Below are positions 7,897-24,410 of a DNA stretch of 64,000 bases, piece by piece. The DNA comes from Bugula neritina (lineage: Eukaryota > Animalia > Bryozoa). The DNA lies in the NCBI GenBank assembly GCA_964035545.1, contig OZ037766.1:18898767-18962766 (forward strand). The letters run 5' to 3'. Both the position numbers and the translations under genes were made by a program. The notes beneath the pieces were generated by a model. The model did not search any database, was not told the origin of the DNA, and worked only from the letters and a program-made list of their open reading frames with translations. How positions within the stretch are numbered: the stretch's first letter is position 1; each line of letters opens with the position of its first letter.

Positions 7897-10800
7897 CTCA
7901 ACATACTCAAATATACTGCAAGATACTGCAAGATACTGCAACATACGTAAATACACTATAACATACTGAAATACACTGCAACACCATGGAATATACTGCA
8001 ACACACTGAAATGTACTGCAACATACTGAAATATATTGCAACATACTGCAACATGCTGAAATACACTGTAATATACTGTAACGTACTGAAATACACTGCA
8101 AAAAAACTGCAACATACTGAAGTACACTGTACACAATGAAAAACACTGCAACACATTGAAATATACTTCAACACACTGAAATATACTAAAACATGTCGAA
8201 ATATACTGCAACATACTGCAACATACAGAAATACACTGTAACAAACTGAAATACACTGCAACACATTGAGAAATACTGCAACATACTGAAAGACACTACA
8301 ACTCACTGAAGTATAGTGTAATATACGGAAATGTACTGTAAAATACTGAAACATACTGAAACATACTGCAACATACTGAAACATACTGAAACATACCGCA
8401 ACAAACCGAAATCTTTGGTAACATACTGAAATATACGTCAACATACTGAAATGTACTGCAACATGCTGAGTTACACTGCAAGATACTGCAACATACTGAA
8501 ATACGCTGTAACATATTGAAACACGCTGCAACACATTGAAATATACTGCAACATACCGAAATATATTGTAACCTACTGAAATATGTTGCAAACCACTGAA
8601 ACATACTGCAATAAAATGAAATATACTGTAACACACTGAATAATACTGCAAAATGCTGAAATATACTGTAACACAGTGAAGTATACTGCAAAATTCTGAA
8701 ATATACTGTAACATACCGAAATAGGCCTCAACATACTCAAATATACTGCAAGATACTGCAAGATACTGCAACATACGTAAATAAACTCTAACATACTGAA
8801 ATACACTGCAACATACTGCAACATACTGAAGTACACTGTAAAATACTGAAATACACTGCAACACATTAGAATATACTGCAACACACTGAAATGTACTGCA
8901 ACATACTGAAATATATTGCAACATACTGCAACATACTGAAATACACTGTGACATACTGTAACATACTGAAATACACTGCAAAAAACTGCAACATACTGAA
9001 GTACACTGTACATATTGAAAGACACTGTAAAACATTGAAATATACTTCAAGACACTGAAATATACTAAAACATGTTGAAATATACTGCAACATACTGCAA
9101 CATACTGAAATACACTGTAACAAACTGAAACACACTGCAATACATTGAAAAATACTGCAACATACTGAAAGACACTACAACTCACTGAAGTATATCGTAA
9201 TATACGGAAATGTACTGTAACATACTGATAATTACTGTAACACTGAAATATACTGCAACATACTGAAATACACTGTAACATACCGAAATAAACTGCAACA
9301 TACTGCAACATACTGAATTTCACTGTAACATACTAAAATGCACTGCAACATTCTGCAACATACTTCAACATACTGAAATACACTGTAACATAATGAAAGA
9401 TACTGAAACATACTAAAACATACTGAAATATACTGCAACATACCGCAACATACTGAAATACACTGTAACAAACTGAAATACACTGCAACACAATGGTATA
9501 TACTGCAACATACCCAATTATATGGTAATATACTGAAATATACTGAAATACACTGTATCACATTGAAAAATACTGCAACATTCTGACAGACACTACAACT
9601 CACTGACGTATCGTGTAATATACGGAAATGTACTGTAACATACTGAGATTTACTGTAACACATTGAAATATTCTGCAACATACTGATATACACTGTAACA
9701 TACCAAAGTAAACTGCAACATACTGCAACATACTGAATCACACTGTAACATACTAAAATACACTGCAACATAATGAAATACACTGCAACATACTGCAACA
9801 TATTGAAGTACACTGTTAAATATTGAAATACACTGCAACACATTGGAATATACTGCAACACACTGAAATGTACTGCAACATACTGAAATATATTGCAACA
9901 TACTGCAACATGCTGAAATACACTGTACCATACTGTAACGTACTGAAATACACTGCAAAAAACTGCAACATACTGAAGTACACTGTACATAATGAAAAAC
10001 ACTGCAACACATTGAAATATACTTCAACACACTGAAATATACTAAAACATGTCGAAATACACTGTAACATACTGCAGCATACTGCAATACACTGTAACAA
10101 ACTGAAATACACTGCAACACATTGGAATATACTGCAACATACTGAAAGAAACTACAACTCACTGAAGTATAGTGTAATATACGGAAATGTACTGTAAAAT
10201 ACTGAAACATACTGAAACATACTGCAACATACTGAAACATACTGAAACATACCGCAACAAACCGAAATATTTGGTAACATACTGAAATATACTGCAACAT
10301 ACCGAAATTTATTGTAACCTACTGAAATATGTTGCAAACCACTGAAACATACTGCAATAAAATGAAATATACTGTAACACACTGAATAATACTGCAAAAT
10401 GCTGAAATATACTGTAACATACCGAAATAGGCCTCAACATACTCAAATATACTGCAAGATACTGCAATATACGTAAATACACTCTAACATACTGAAATAC
10501 ACTGCAACATACTGCAACATACTGAAGTACACTGTAAAATATTGAAATACACTGCAACACATTAGAATATACTGCAACACACTGAAATGTACTGCAACAT
10601 ACTGAAATATATTGCAAGATACTGCAAGATACTGCAACATACGTAAATAAACTCTAACATACTGAAATACACTGCAACATACTGCAACATACTGAAGTAC
10701 ACTGTAAAATACTGAAATACACTGCAACACATTAGAATATTATACTGCAACACACTGAAATGTACTGCAACATACTGAAATATATTGCAACATACTGCAA

Positions 10801-13800
10801 CATACTGAAATACACTGTGACATACTGTAACATACTGAAATACACTGCAAAAAACTGCAACATACTGAAGTACACTGTACATATTGAAAGACACTGCAAA
10901 ACATTGAAATATACTTCAACACACTGAAATATACTAAAACATGTTGAAATATACTGCAACATACTGCAACATACTGAAATACACTGTAACAAACTGAAAT
11001 ACACTGCAATACATTGAAAAATACTGCAACAAACTGAAAGACACTACAACTCACTGAAGTATATCATAATATACGGAAATGTACTGTAACATACTGATAA
11101 TTACTGTAACACTGAAATATACTGCAACATACTGAAATACACTGTAACATACCGAAATAAACTGCAACATACTGCAACATACTGAATTACACTGTAACAT
11201 ACTAAAATGCACTGCAACATTCTGCAACATACTTCAACATACTGAAATACACTGTAACATAATGAAAGATACTGCAACATACCGCAACATACTGAAAAAC
11301 ACTGTAGCAAACTGAAATACGCTGCAACACATTGGAATATACTGCAACATACCCAAATAAATGGTAATATACTGAAATATACTGAAATACACTGTAACAC
11401 ATTGAAAAATACTGCAACATACTGAAAGACACTACAACTCACTGAAGTATAGTGTAATATACGGAAATGTACTGTAACATACTGATATTTACTGCAACAC
11501 ACTGAAATATACTGCAAGATACTGAAATACACTGCAACAAACTAAAATACACTGCAACATGCTGCAACATACTTCAACATACTGAAATACACTGTAACAT
11601 AATGAAATACACTGCAACACATTGAAATATACTGCAACAAACTGAAATATACTGCAACATACTGAAATGTACTGCAACATACTGAAATACACTGCAACAA
11701 ACTAAAATACACTGCAACATGCTGCAACATACTTCAACATACTGAAATACACTGTAACATAATGAAATACACTGCAACACATTGAAATATACTGCAACAA
11801 ACTGAAATATACTGCAACATACTGAAATGTACTGCAACATACTGAAATACAATGCAACATATCGAAGTATATCGTAATATACGGACATGTACTGTAACAT
11901 ACTGAAACACACTGAAACATACTGAAACATACTGAAATATACTAAACCATGTCGAAATATACTGCAACATACCGCAACATACAGAAATACACTGTAACAA
12001 ACTGAAATACACTGCAACACATTGGAATATACTCCAACACACTGAAATATACTGCAACATGCTGAAATATACTGCAACATACTGCAACATACTGAAATAC
12101 ACTGTAACATACTTCAACATACTGCAATACACTGTAACAAACTGGAATACACTGCAACACAATGGTATATACTGCAACATACCCAATTATATGGTAATAT
12201 ACTGAAATATACTGAAATACACTGTATCACATTGAAAAATACTGCAACATACTGACAGACACTACAACTCACTGACGTATCGTGTAATATACGGAAATGT
12301 ATTGTAACATACTGAGATTTACTAACACACTGAAATATACTGCAACATACTGATATACACTGTAACATACCAAAGTGAACTGCAACATACTGCAACATAC
12401 TGAATTACACTGTAACATACTAAAATACACTGCAACATAATGAAATACACTACAACATACTGCAACATATTGAAGTACACTGTTAAATATTGAAATACAC
12501 TGCAACACATTGGAATATACTGCAACACACTGAAATATACTGCAACATGCTGAAATATACTGCAACATACTGCAACATACTAAAATACACTGTAACATAC
12601 TGCAACATACTGCAATACACTTTAACAAACTGAAATACACTGCAACACATTGAAAAATACTGCAACATACTGAAAGACACTACAACTCACTGAAGTATAG
12701 TGTAATATACGGACATGTACTGTAACATACTGAAACATACTGAAACATACTGAAACATACTGAAACATACTGAAATATACTGAAATACACAGCAACATAC
12801 TGCAACATACTAAAGTGCACTGTAACATTTTTAAATACATTGCAACACATTGAAATATAACGCAACACGCTGAAATATACTGCAACATGCTGAAATATAC
12901 TGCAACATATTGCAACATATTGAAGTACACTGTTAAATATTGAAATACACTGCAACACATTGGAATATACTGCAACACACTGAAATATACTGCAACATGC
13001 TGAAATATACTGCAACATACTGCAACATGCTGAAATACACTGTAACATACTGCAACGTACTGCAATACACTGTAACAAACTGAAATACACTGCAACACAT
13101 TGGAATATACTGCAACATACCCAAATCAATGGTAACATACTGAAATATACTGAAATACACTGCAACACGCTGAAATATACTGCAAGATACTGCAACATAC
13201 GTAAATACACTCTAACATACTGAAATACACTGCAACATACTGCAACATACTGAAGTACACTGTAAAATATTGAAATACACTGCAACATATTGGAATATAA
13301 TGCAACACACTGAAATGTACTGCAACATACTGAAATATATTGCAACATACTGCAACATGCTTAAATACAATGTAACATACTGTAACGTACTGAAATACAC
13401 TGCAAAAAACTGCAACATACTGAAGTACACTGTACATAATGAAAAACACTGCAACACAATGAAATTTACTTCAACACACTGAAATATACTAAAACATGTC
13501 GAAATATACTGCAACATACTGCAACATGCAGAAATACACTCTAACAAACTGAAATACACTGCAACACATTGAAAAATACTGCAACATACTGAAAGACACT
13601 ACAACTCACTGAAGTACAGTGTAATATACGGAAATGTACTGTAAAATACTGAAACATACTGAAACATACTGCAACATACTGAAACATACTGAAACATACC
13701 GCAACAAACCGAAATATTTGGTAACATACTGAAATATACGTCAACATACTGAAATGTACTGCAACATGCTGAGTTACACTGCAAGATACTGCAACATACT

Positions 13801-16800
13801 GAAATACGCTGTAACATATTGAAACACGCTGCAACACATTGAAATATACTGCAACATACCGAAATATATTGTAACCTACTGAAATATGTTGCAAACCACT
13901 GAAACATACTGCAATAAAATGCAATATAATGTAACACACTGATTAATACTGCAAAATGCTGAAATATACTGTAACACAGTGAAGTATACTGCAAAATTTT
14001 GAAATATACTGTAACATACCGAAATAGGCCTCAACATACTCAAATATACTGCAAGATACTGCAACATACGTAAATACACTCTAACATACTGAAATACACT
14101 GCAACATACCCAAATAAAAGGTAACATACTGGAATATACTCAAATACACTGTAACACATTGAAAAATATTGCAACATACTTAAAGACACCACAACTCACT
14201 GAAGTATAGTGTAATATATGGAAACGTACTGTAACATACTGATATTTACTGCAACACACTGAAATATACTGCAACATACTGAACTACGCTGTAACATATT
14301 GAAACACGCTGCAACACATTGAAATATACTGCAACATACCGAAATATATTGTAACCTACTGAAATATGTTGCAAACCACTGAAACATACTGCTATAAAAT
14401 TAAATATACTGTAACACACTGAATAATACTGCAAAATGCTGAAATATACTGTAACACAGTGAAGTATACTGCAAAATTCTGAAATATACTGTAGCATACT
14501 GCAACATATTAAAATACACTGTGACATACTGTAACATACTGAAATACACTGCAAAAAACTGCAACATACTGAAGTACACTGTACATATTGAAAGACACTG
14601 CAAAACATTGAAATATACTTCAACACACTGCAATATACGTAAATACACTCTAACATACTGAAATACACTGCAACATACTGCAACATACTGAAGTACACTG
14701 TAAAATATTGAGATACACTGCAACACATTAGAATATACTGCAACACACTGAAATGTACTGCAACATACTGAAATATATTGCAACATACTGCAACATATTA
14801 AAATACACTGTGACATACTGTAACATACTGAAATACACTGCAAAAAACTGCAACATACTGAAGTACACTGTACATATTGAAAGACACTGCAAAACATTGA
14901 AATATACTTCAACACACTGAAAAATACTAAAACATGTTGAAATATACTGCAACATACTGCAACATACTGAAATACACTGTAACAAACTGAAATACACTGC
15001 AATACATTGAAAAATACTGCAACAAACTGAAAGACACTACAACTCACTGAAGTATATCGTAATATACGGAAATGTACTGTAACATACTGATAATTACTGT
15101 AACACTGAAATATACTGCAACATACTGAAATACACTGTAACATACCGAAATAAACTGCAACATACTGCAACATACTGAATTACACTGTAACATACTAAAA
15201 TGCACTGCAACATTCTGCAACATACTTCAACATACTGAAATACACTGTAACATAATGAAAGATACTGCAACATACCGCAACATACTGAAAAACACTGTAG
15301 CAAACTGAAATACGCTGCAACACATTGGAATATACTGCAACATACCCAATTATATGGTAATATACTGAAATATACTGAAATACACTGTAACACATTGAAA
15401 AATACTGCAACATACTGAAAGACACTACAACTCACTGAAGTATAGTGTAATATACGGAAATGTACTGTAACATACTGATATTTACTGCAACACAGTGAAA
15501 TATACTGCAACATACTGAAATACACTGCAACAAACTAAAATACACTGCAACATGCTGCAACATACTTCAACATACTGAAATACACTGTAACATAATGAAA
15601 TACACTGCAACACATTGAAATATACTGCAACAAACTGAAATATACTGCAACATACTGAAATGTACTGCAACATACTGAAATACACTGCAACAAACTAAAA
15701 TACACTGCAACATGCTGCAACATACTTCAACATACTGAAATACACTGTAACATAATGAAATACACTGCAACACATTGAAATATACTGCAACAAACTGAAA
15801 TATACTGCAACATACTGAAATGTACTGCAACATACTGAAATACAATGCAACATATCGAAGTATATCGTAATATACGGACATGTACTGTAACATACTGAAA
15901 CACACTGAAACATACTGAAACATACTGAAATATACTAAACCATGTCGAAATATACTGCAACATACCGCAACATACAGAAATACACTGTAACAAACTGAAA
16001 TACACTGCAACACATTGGAATATACTCCAACACACTGAAATATACTGCAACATGCTGAAATATACCGCAACATACTGCAACATACTGAAATACACTGTAA
16101 CATACTTCAACATACTGCAATACACTGTAACAAACTGGAATACACTGCAACACAATGGTATATACTGCAACATACCCAATTATATGGTAATATACTGAAA
16201 TATACTGAAATACACTGTATCACATTGAAAAATACTGCAACATACTGACAGACACTACAACCCACTGACATATCGTGTAATATACGGAAATGTATTGTAA
16301 CATACTGAGATTTACTAACACACTGAAATATACTGCAACATACTGATATACACTGTAACATACCAAAGTGAACTGCAACATACTGCAACATACTGAATTA
16401 CACTGTAACATACTAAAATACACTGCAACATAATGAAATACACTACAACATACTGCAACATATTGAAGTACAATGTTAAATATTGAAATACACTGCAACA
16501 CATTGGAATATACTGCAACACACTGAAATATACTGCAACATGCTGAAATATACTGCAACATACTGCAACATACTAAAATACACTGTAACATACTGCAACA
16601 TACTGCAATACACTTTAACAAACTGAAATACACTGCAACACATTGAAAAATACTGCAACATACTGAAAGACACTACAACTCACTGAAGTATAGTGTAATA
16701 TACGGACATGTACTGTAACATACTGAAACATACTGAAACATACTGAAACATACTGAAACATACTGAAATATACTGAAATACACAGCAACATACTGCAACA

Positions 16801-19800
16801 TACTAAAGTGCACTGTAACATTTTTAAATACATTGCAACACATTGAAATATAACGCAACACGCTGAAATATACTGCAACATGCTGAAATATACTGCAACA
16901 TATTGCAACATATTGAAGTACACTGTTAAATATTGAAATACACTGCAACACATTGGAATATACTGCAACACACTGAAATATACTGCAACATGCTGAAATA
17001 TACTGCAACATACTGCAACATGCTGAAATACACTGTAACATACTGCAACGTACTGCAATACACTGTAACAAACTGAAATACACTGCAACACATTGGAATA
17101 TACTGCAACATACCCAAATCAATGGTAACATACTGAAATATACTGAAATACACTGCAACACGCTGAAATATACTGCAAGATACTGCAACATACGTAAATA
17201 CACTCTAACATACTGAAATACACTGCAACATACTGCAACATACTGAAGTACACTGTAAAATATTGAAATACACTGCAACATATTGGAATATAATGCAACA
17301 CACTGAAATGTACTGCAACAGACTGAAATATATTGCAACATGCTGCAACATGCTGAAATACACTGTAACATACTGTAACGTACTGAAATACACTGCAAAA
17401 AACTGCAACATACTGAAGTACACTGTACATAATGAAAAACACTGCAACACAATGAAATTTACTTCAACACACTGAAATATACTAAAACATGTCGAAATAT
17501 ACTGCAACATACTGCAACATGCAGAATTACACTGTAACAAACTGAAATACACTGCAACACATTGAAAAATTTTGCAACATACTGAAAGACACTACAACTC
17601 ACTGAAGTATAGTGTAATATACGGAAATGTACTGTAAAATACTGAAACATACTGAAACATACTGCAACATACCGAAACATACTGAAACATACCGCAACAA
17701 ACCGAAATATTTGGTAACATACTGAAATATACGTCAACATACTGAAATGTACTGCAACATGCTGAGTTACACTGCAAGATACTGCAACATACTGAAATAC
17801 GCTGTAACATATTGAAACACGCTGCAACACATTGAAATATACTGCAACATACCGAAATTTATTGTAACCTACTGAAATATGTTGCAAACCACTGAAACAT
17901 ACTGCAATAAAATGCAATATACTGTAACACACTGAATAATACTGCAAAATGCTGAAATATACTGTAACACAGTGAAGTATACTGCAAAATTTTGAAATAT
18001 ACTGTAACATACCGAAATAGGCCTCAACATACTCAAATATACTGCAAGATACTGCAACATACGTAAATACACTCTAACATACTGAAATACACTGCAACAT
18101 ACCCAAATAAAAGGTAACATACTGAAATATACTCAAATACACTGTAACACATTGAAAAATACTGCAACATACTTAAAGACACTACAACTCACTGAAGTAT
18201 AGTGTAATATATGGAAACGTACTGTAACATACTGATATTTACTGCAACACACTGAAATATACTGCAACATACTGAACTACGCTGTAACATATTGAAACAC
18301 GCTGCAACACATTGAAATATACTGCAACATACCGAAATATATTGCAACCTACTGAAATATGTTGCAAACCACTGAAACATACTGCTATAAAATTAAATAT
18401 ACTGTAACACACTGAATAATACTGCAAAATGCTGAAATATACTGTAACACAGTGAAGTATACTGCAAAATTCTGAAATATACTGTAACATACCGAAATAG
18501 GCCTCAACATACTCAAATATACTGCAAGATACTGCAATATACGTAAATACACTCTAAGATACTGAAATACACTGCAACATACTGCAACATACTGAAGTAC
18601 ACTGTAAAATATTGAAATACACTGCAACACATTAGAATATACTGCAACACACTGAAATGTACTGCAACATACTGAAATATATTGCAACATACTGCAACAT
18701 ACTAAAACACGCTGTGACATACTGTAACATACTGAAAAACATTGCAAAAAACTGCAACATACTGAAGTACACTGTACATATTGAAAGACACTGCGAAACA
18801 TTGAAATATACTTCAACACACTGAAATATACTAAAACATGTTGAAATATACTGCAACATACTGCAACATACTGAAATACACTGTAACAAACTGAAATACA
18901 CTGCAATACATTGAAAAATACTGCAACATACTGAAAGACACTACAACTCACTGAAGTATATCGTAATATACGGAAATGTACTGTAACATACTGATAATTA
19001 CTGTAACACTGAAATATACTGCAACATACTGAAATACACTGTAACATAGCGAAATAAACTGCAACATACTGCAACATACTGAATTACACTGTAACATACT
19101 AAAATGCACTGCAACATTCTGCAACATACTTCAACATACTGAAATACACTGCAACATAATGAAAGATACTGCAACATACCGCAACATACTGAAAAACACT
19201 GTAGCAAACTGAAATACGCTGCAACACATTGGTATATACTGCAACATACCCAATTATATGGTAATATACTGAAATATACTGAAATACACTGTATCATATT
19301 GAAAAATACTGCAACATACTGACAGACACTACAACTCACTGACGTATCGTGTAATATACGGAAATGTACTGTAACATACTGAGACTTACTGTAACACACT
19401 GAAATATACTGCAACATACGGATATACACTGTAACATATCAAAGTAAACTGCATCATACTGCAACATACTGAATCACACTGTAACATACTAAAATACACT
19501 GCAACATAATGAAAAACACTGCAACATACTGCAACATATTGAAGTACACTGTTAAATATTGAAATACACTGCAACACATTGGAATATACTGCAACACACT
19601 GAAATATACTGCAACATGCTGAAATATACTGCAACATACTGCAACATACTGAAATACACTGTAACATACTGCAACACACTGCAATACACTGTAACAAACT
19701 GAAATACACTGCAACACATTGGAATATACTGCAACATACCCAAATCAATGGTAACATACTGAAATGTACTAAAATACACTGCAACACACTGAAATATACT

Positions 19801-22800
19801 GCAACATACTGCAACATACGTAAATACACTCTAACATACTGAAATACACTGCAACATACTGCAACATACTGAAGTACACTGTAAAATATTGAAATACACT
19901 GCAACACATTGGAATATAATGCAACACACTGAAATGTACTGCAACATACTGAAATATATTGCAACATACTGCAACATGCTGAAATACACTGTAACATACT
20001 GTAACGTACTGAAATACACTGCAAAAAACTGCAACATACTGAAGTACACTGTACATAATGAAAAACACTGCAACACATTGAAATTTACTTCAACACACTG
20101 AAATATACTAAAACATGTCGAAATATACTGCAACATACTGCAACATGCAGAATTACACTGTAACAAACTGAAATACACTGCAACACATTGAAAAATTTTG
20201 CAACATACTGAAAGACACTACAACTCACTGAAGTATAGTGTAATATACGGAAATGTACTGTAAAATACTGAAACATACTGAAACATACTGCAACATACCG
20301 AAACATACTGAAACATACCGCAACAAACCGAAATATTTGGTAACATACTGAAATATACGTCAACATACTGAAATGTACTGCAACATGCTGAGTTACACTG
20401 CAAGATACTGCAACATACTGAAATACGCTGTAACATATTGAAACACGCTGCAACACATTGAAATATACTGCAACATACCGAAATTTATTGTAACCTACTG
20501 AAATATGTTGCAAACCACTGAAACATACTGCAATAAAATGCAATATACTGTAACACACTGAATAATACTGCAAAATGCTGAAATATACTGTAACACAGTG
20601 AAGTATACTGCAAAATTTTGAAATATACTGTAACATACCGAAATAGGCCTCAACATACTCAAATATACTGCAAGATACTGCAACATACGTAAATACACTC
20701 TAACATACTGAAATACACTGCAACATACCCAAATAAATGGTAACATACTGAAATATACTCAAATACACTGTAACACATTGAAAAATACTGCAACATACTT
20801 AAAGACACCACAACTCACTGAAGTATAGTGTAATATATGGAAACGTACTGTAACATACTGCTATTTACTGCATCACACTGAAATATACTGCAACATACCG
20901 AAATACGCTGTAACATATTGAAACACGCTGCAACACATTGAAATATACTGCAACATACCGAAATATATTGTAACCTACTGAAATATGTTGCAAACCACTG
21001 AAACATACTGCAATAAAATGAAATATACTGTAACACACTGAATAATACTGCAAAATGCTGAAATATACTGTAACACAGTGAAGTATACTGCAAAATTCTG
21101 AAATATACTGTAACATACTGCAACATATTAAAATACACTGTGACATACTGTAACATACTGAAATACACTGCAAAAAACTGCAACATACTGAAGTACACTG
21201 TACATATTGAAAGACACTGCAAAACATTGAAATATACTTCAACACACTGCAATATACGTAAATACACTCAAACATACTGAAATACACTGCAACATACTGC
21301 AACATACTGAAGTACACTGTAAAATATTGAGATACACTGCAACACATTAGAATATACTGCAACACACTGAAATGTACTGCAACATACTGATATACACTGT
21401 AACATACCAAAATAAACTGCAACATACTGCAACAAACTGAATTACACTGTAACATACTAAAATACACTGTAACATACTACAACATACTGAAATACACAGT
21501 AACATATTGAAATACAGTGCACCACATTGAAATATACTGCAACATACCGAAATATATGGTAAACTACTGAAATATACTGTAACATACCGAAATAGGCCTC
21601 AACATACTCAAATATACTGCAAGATACTGCAATATACGTAAATACACTCTAAGATACTGAAATACACTGCAACATACTGCAACATACTGAAGTACACTGT
21701 AAAATATTGAAATACACTGCAACACATTAGAATATACTGCAACACACTGAAATGTACTGCAACATACTGAAATATATTGCAACATACTGCAACATACTAA
21801 AATACGCTGTGACATACTGTAACATACTGAAATACACTGCAAAAAACTGCAACATACTGAAGTACACTGTACATATTGAAAGACACTGCGAAACATTGAA
21901 ATATACTTCAACACACTGAAATATACTAAAACATGTTGAAATATACTGCAACATACTGCAACATACTGAAATACACTGTAACAAACTGAAATACACTGCA
22001 ATACATTGAAAAATACTGCAACATACTGAAAGACACTACAACTCACTGAAGTATATCGTAATATACGGAAATGTACTGTAACATACTGATAATTACTGTA
22101 ACACTGAAATATACTGCAACATACTGAAATACACTGTAACATACCGAAATAAACTGCAACATACTGCAACATACTGAATTACACTGTAACATACTAAAAT
22201 GCACTGCAACATTCTGCAACATACTTCAACATACTGAAATACACTGTAACATAATGAAAGATACTGCAACATACCGCAACATACTGAAAAACACTGTAGC
22301 AAACTGAAATACGCTGCAACACATTGGTATATACTGCAACAAACCCAATTATATGGTAATATACTGAACAATACTGAAATACACTGTAACACATTGAAAA
22401 ATACTGCAACATACTGAAAGACACTGCAACTCACTGACGTATCGTGTAATATACGTAAATGTACTGTAACATACTGAGATTTACTGTAACACACTGAAAT
22501 ATACTGCAACATACTGATATACACTGTAACATACCAAAATAAACTGCAACATACTGCAACAAACTGAATTACACTGTAACATACTAAAATACACTGTAAC
22601 ATTCTGCAACTTACTTCAACATACTGAAATACACTGTAACATAATGAAATACACTGCAACATACTGCAACATACTGAAATACACTGTAACATACTGCAAC
22701 ATACTGCAATACACTGTAACAAACTGGAATACACCGCAACACAATGGTATATACTGCAACATACCCAATTATATGGTAATATACTGAAATATACTGAAAT

Positions 22801-24339
22801 ACACTGTATCACATTGAAAAATACTGCGACATACTGACAGACACTACAACCCACTGACGTATCGTGTAATATACGGAAATGTACTGTAACATACTGAGAC
22901 TTACTGTAACACACTGAAATATACTGCAACATACTGATATACACTGTAACATACCAAAGTAAACTGCATCATACTGCAACATACTGAATTACACTGTAAC
23001 ATACTAAAATACACTGCAACATAATGAAATACACTGCAACATACTGCAACATATTGAAGTACACTGTTAAATATTGAAATACACTGCAACACATTGGAAT
23101 ATACTGCAGCACACTGAAATATACTGCAACATGCTGAAATATACTGCAATATACTGCAACATACTGAAATACACTGTAACATACTGCAACATACTGCAAT
23201 ACACTGTAACAAACTGAAATACACTGCAACACATTGGAATATACTGCAACATACCCAAATCAATGGTAACATACTGAAATATACTGAAATACACTGCAAC
23301 ACACATAAATATACTGCAAGATACTGCAACATACGTAAATACACTCTAACATACTGAAATACACTGCAACATACTGCAACATACTGAAGTACACTGTAAA
23401 ATATTGAAATACACGGCAACACATTGGAATATAATGCAACAGACTGAAATGTACTGGAACATACTGAAATATATTGCAACATACTGCAACATGCTGAAAT
23501 ACACTGTAACATACTGTAACGTACTGAAATACACTGCAAAAAACTGCAACATACTGAAGTACACTGTACATAATGAAAAACACTGCAACACATTGAAATA
23601 TACTTCAACACACTGAAATATACTAAAACATGTCGAAATATACTGCAACATACTGCAACATACAGAAATACACTGTAACAAACTGAAATACACTGCAACA
23701 CATTGAAAAATTTTGCAACATACTGAAAGACACTACAACTCACTGAAGTATAGTGTAATATACGGAAATGTACTGTAAAATACTGAAACATACTGAAACA
23801 TACTGCAACATACTGAAACATGTTGAAACATACCGCAACAAACCGAAATATTTGGTAACATACTGAAACATACGTCAACATACTGAAATGTACTGCAACA
23901 TACTTAAAAACACTACAACTCACTGAAGTATAGTGTAATATATGAAAATGGACTGTAACATACTGATATTTACTGCAACACACTGAAATATACTGCAACA
24001 TTATGAAATACGCTGTAACATATTGAAACACGCTGCAACACATTGAAATATACTGCAACATACCGAAATTTATTGTAACCTACTGAAATATGTTGCAAAC
24101 CACTGAAACATACTGCAATAAAATGCAATATACTGTAACACACTGAATAATACTGCAAAATGCTGAAATATACTGTAACACAGTGAAGTATACTGCAAAA
24201 TTCTGAAATATACTGTAACATACCGAAATAGGCCTCAACATACTCAAATATACTGCAAGATACTGCAATATACGTAAATACACTCTAACATACTGAAATA
24301 CACTGCAACATACTGCAACATACTGAAGTACAGTGTAAA
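7892..24339. repeat. Satellite B, first segment: decamer satellite, consensus NAAYAYACTG (CAACATACTG, AAATATACTG, AAATACACTG, TAACATACTG), with higher-order structure
   Basis: A strict 10-bp register is visible in the 10-base print columns. Landmark variants recur (AATAGGCCTC, ACTCACTGAAGTATAGTG, CCCAATTATATGG, GACGTATCGTG). Confidence 0.98.
10745..18483. repeat. Near-identical block duplication in satellite B, offset 3993 bp (~10745-14490 vs ~14738-18483; boundaries approximate)
   Basis: Identical or near-identical spurious ORFs recur at a constant offset of 3993: 11101/15094, 11202/15195, 12622/16615, 13126/17119, 14196/18189. Confidence 0.9.
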
Positions 24340-24358
24340 CACAGGATAGTTAAGGGCA
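24340..24358 (+). repeat. Left terminal inverted repeat of element 2
   Basis: CACAGGATAGTTAAGGGCA is the exact reverse complement of 25077-25095. Confidence 0.97.
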
Positions 24359-24410
24359 ACCTTTTAGCTACAACTGCCTTGCTGAGGTTTGCATTGTAAT
24401 CATATAAGAA

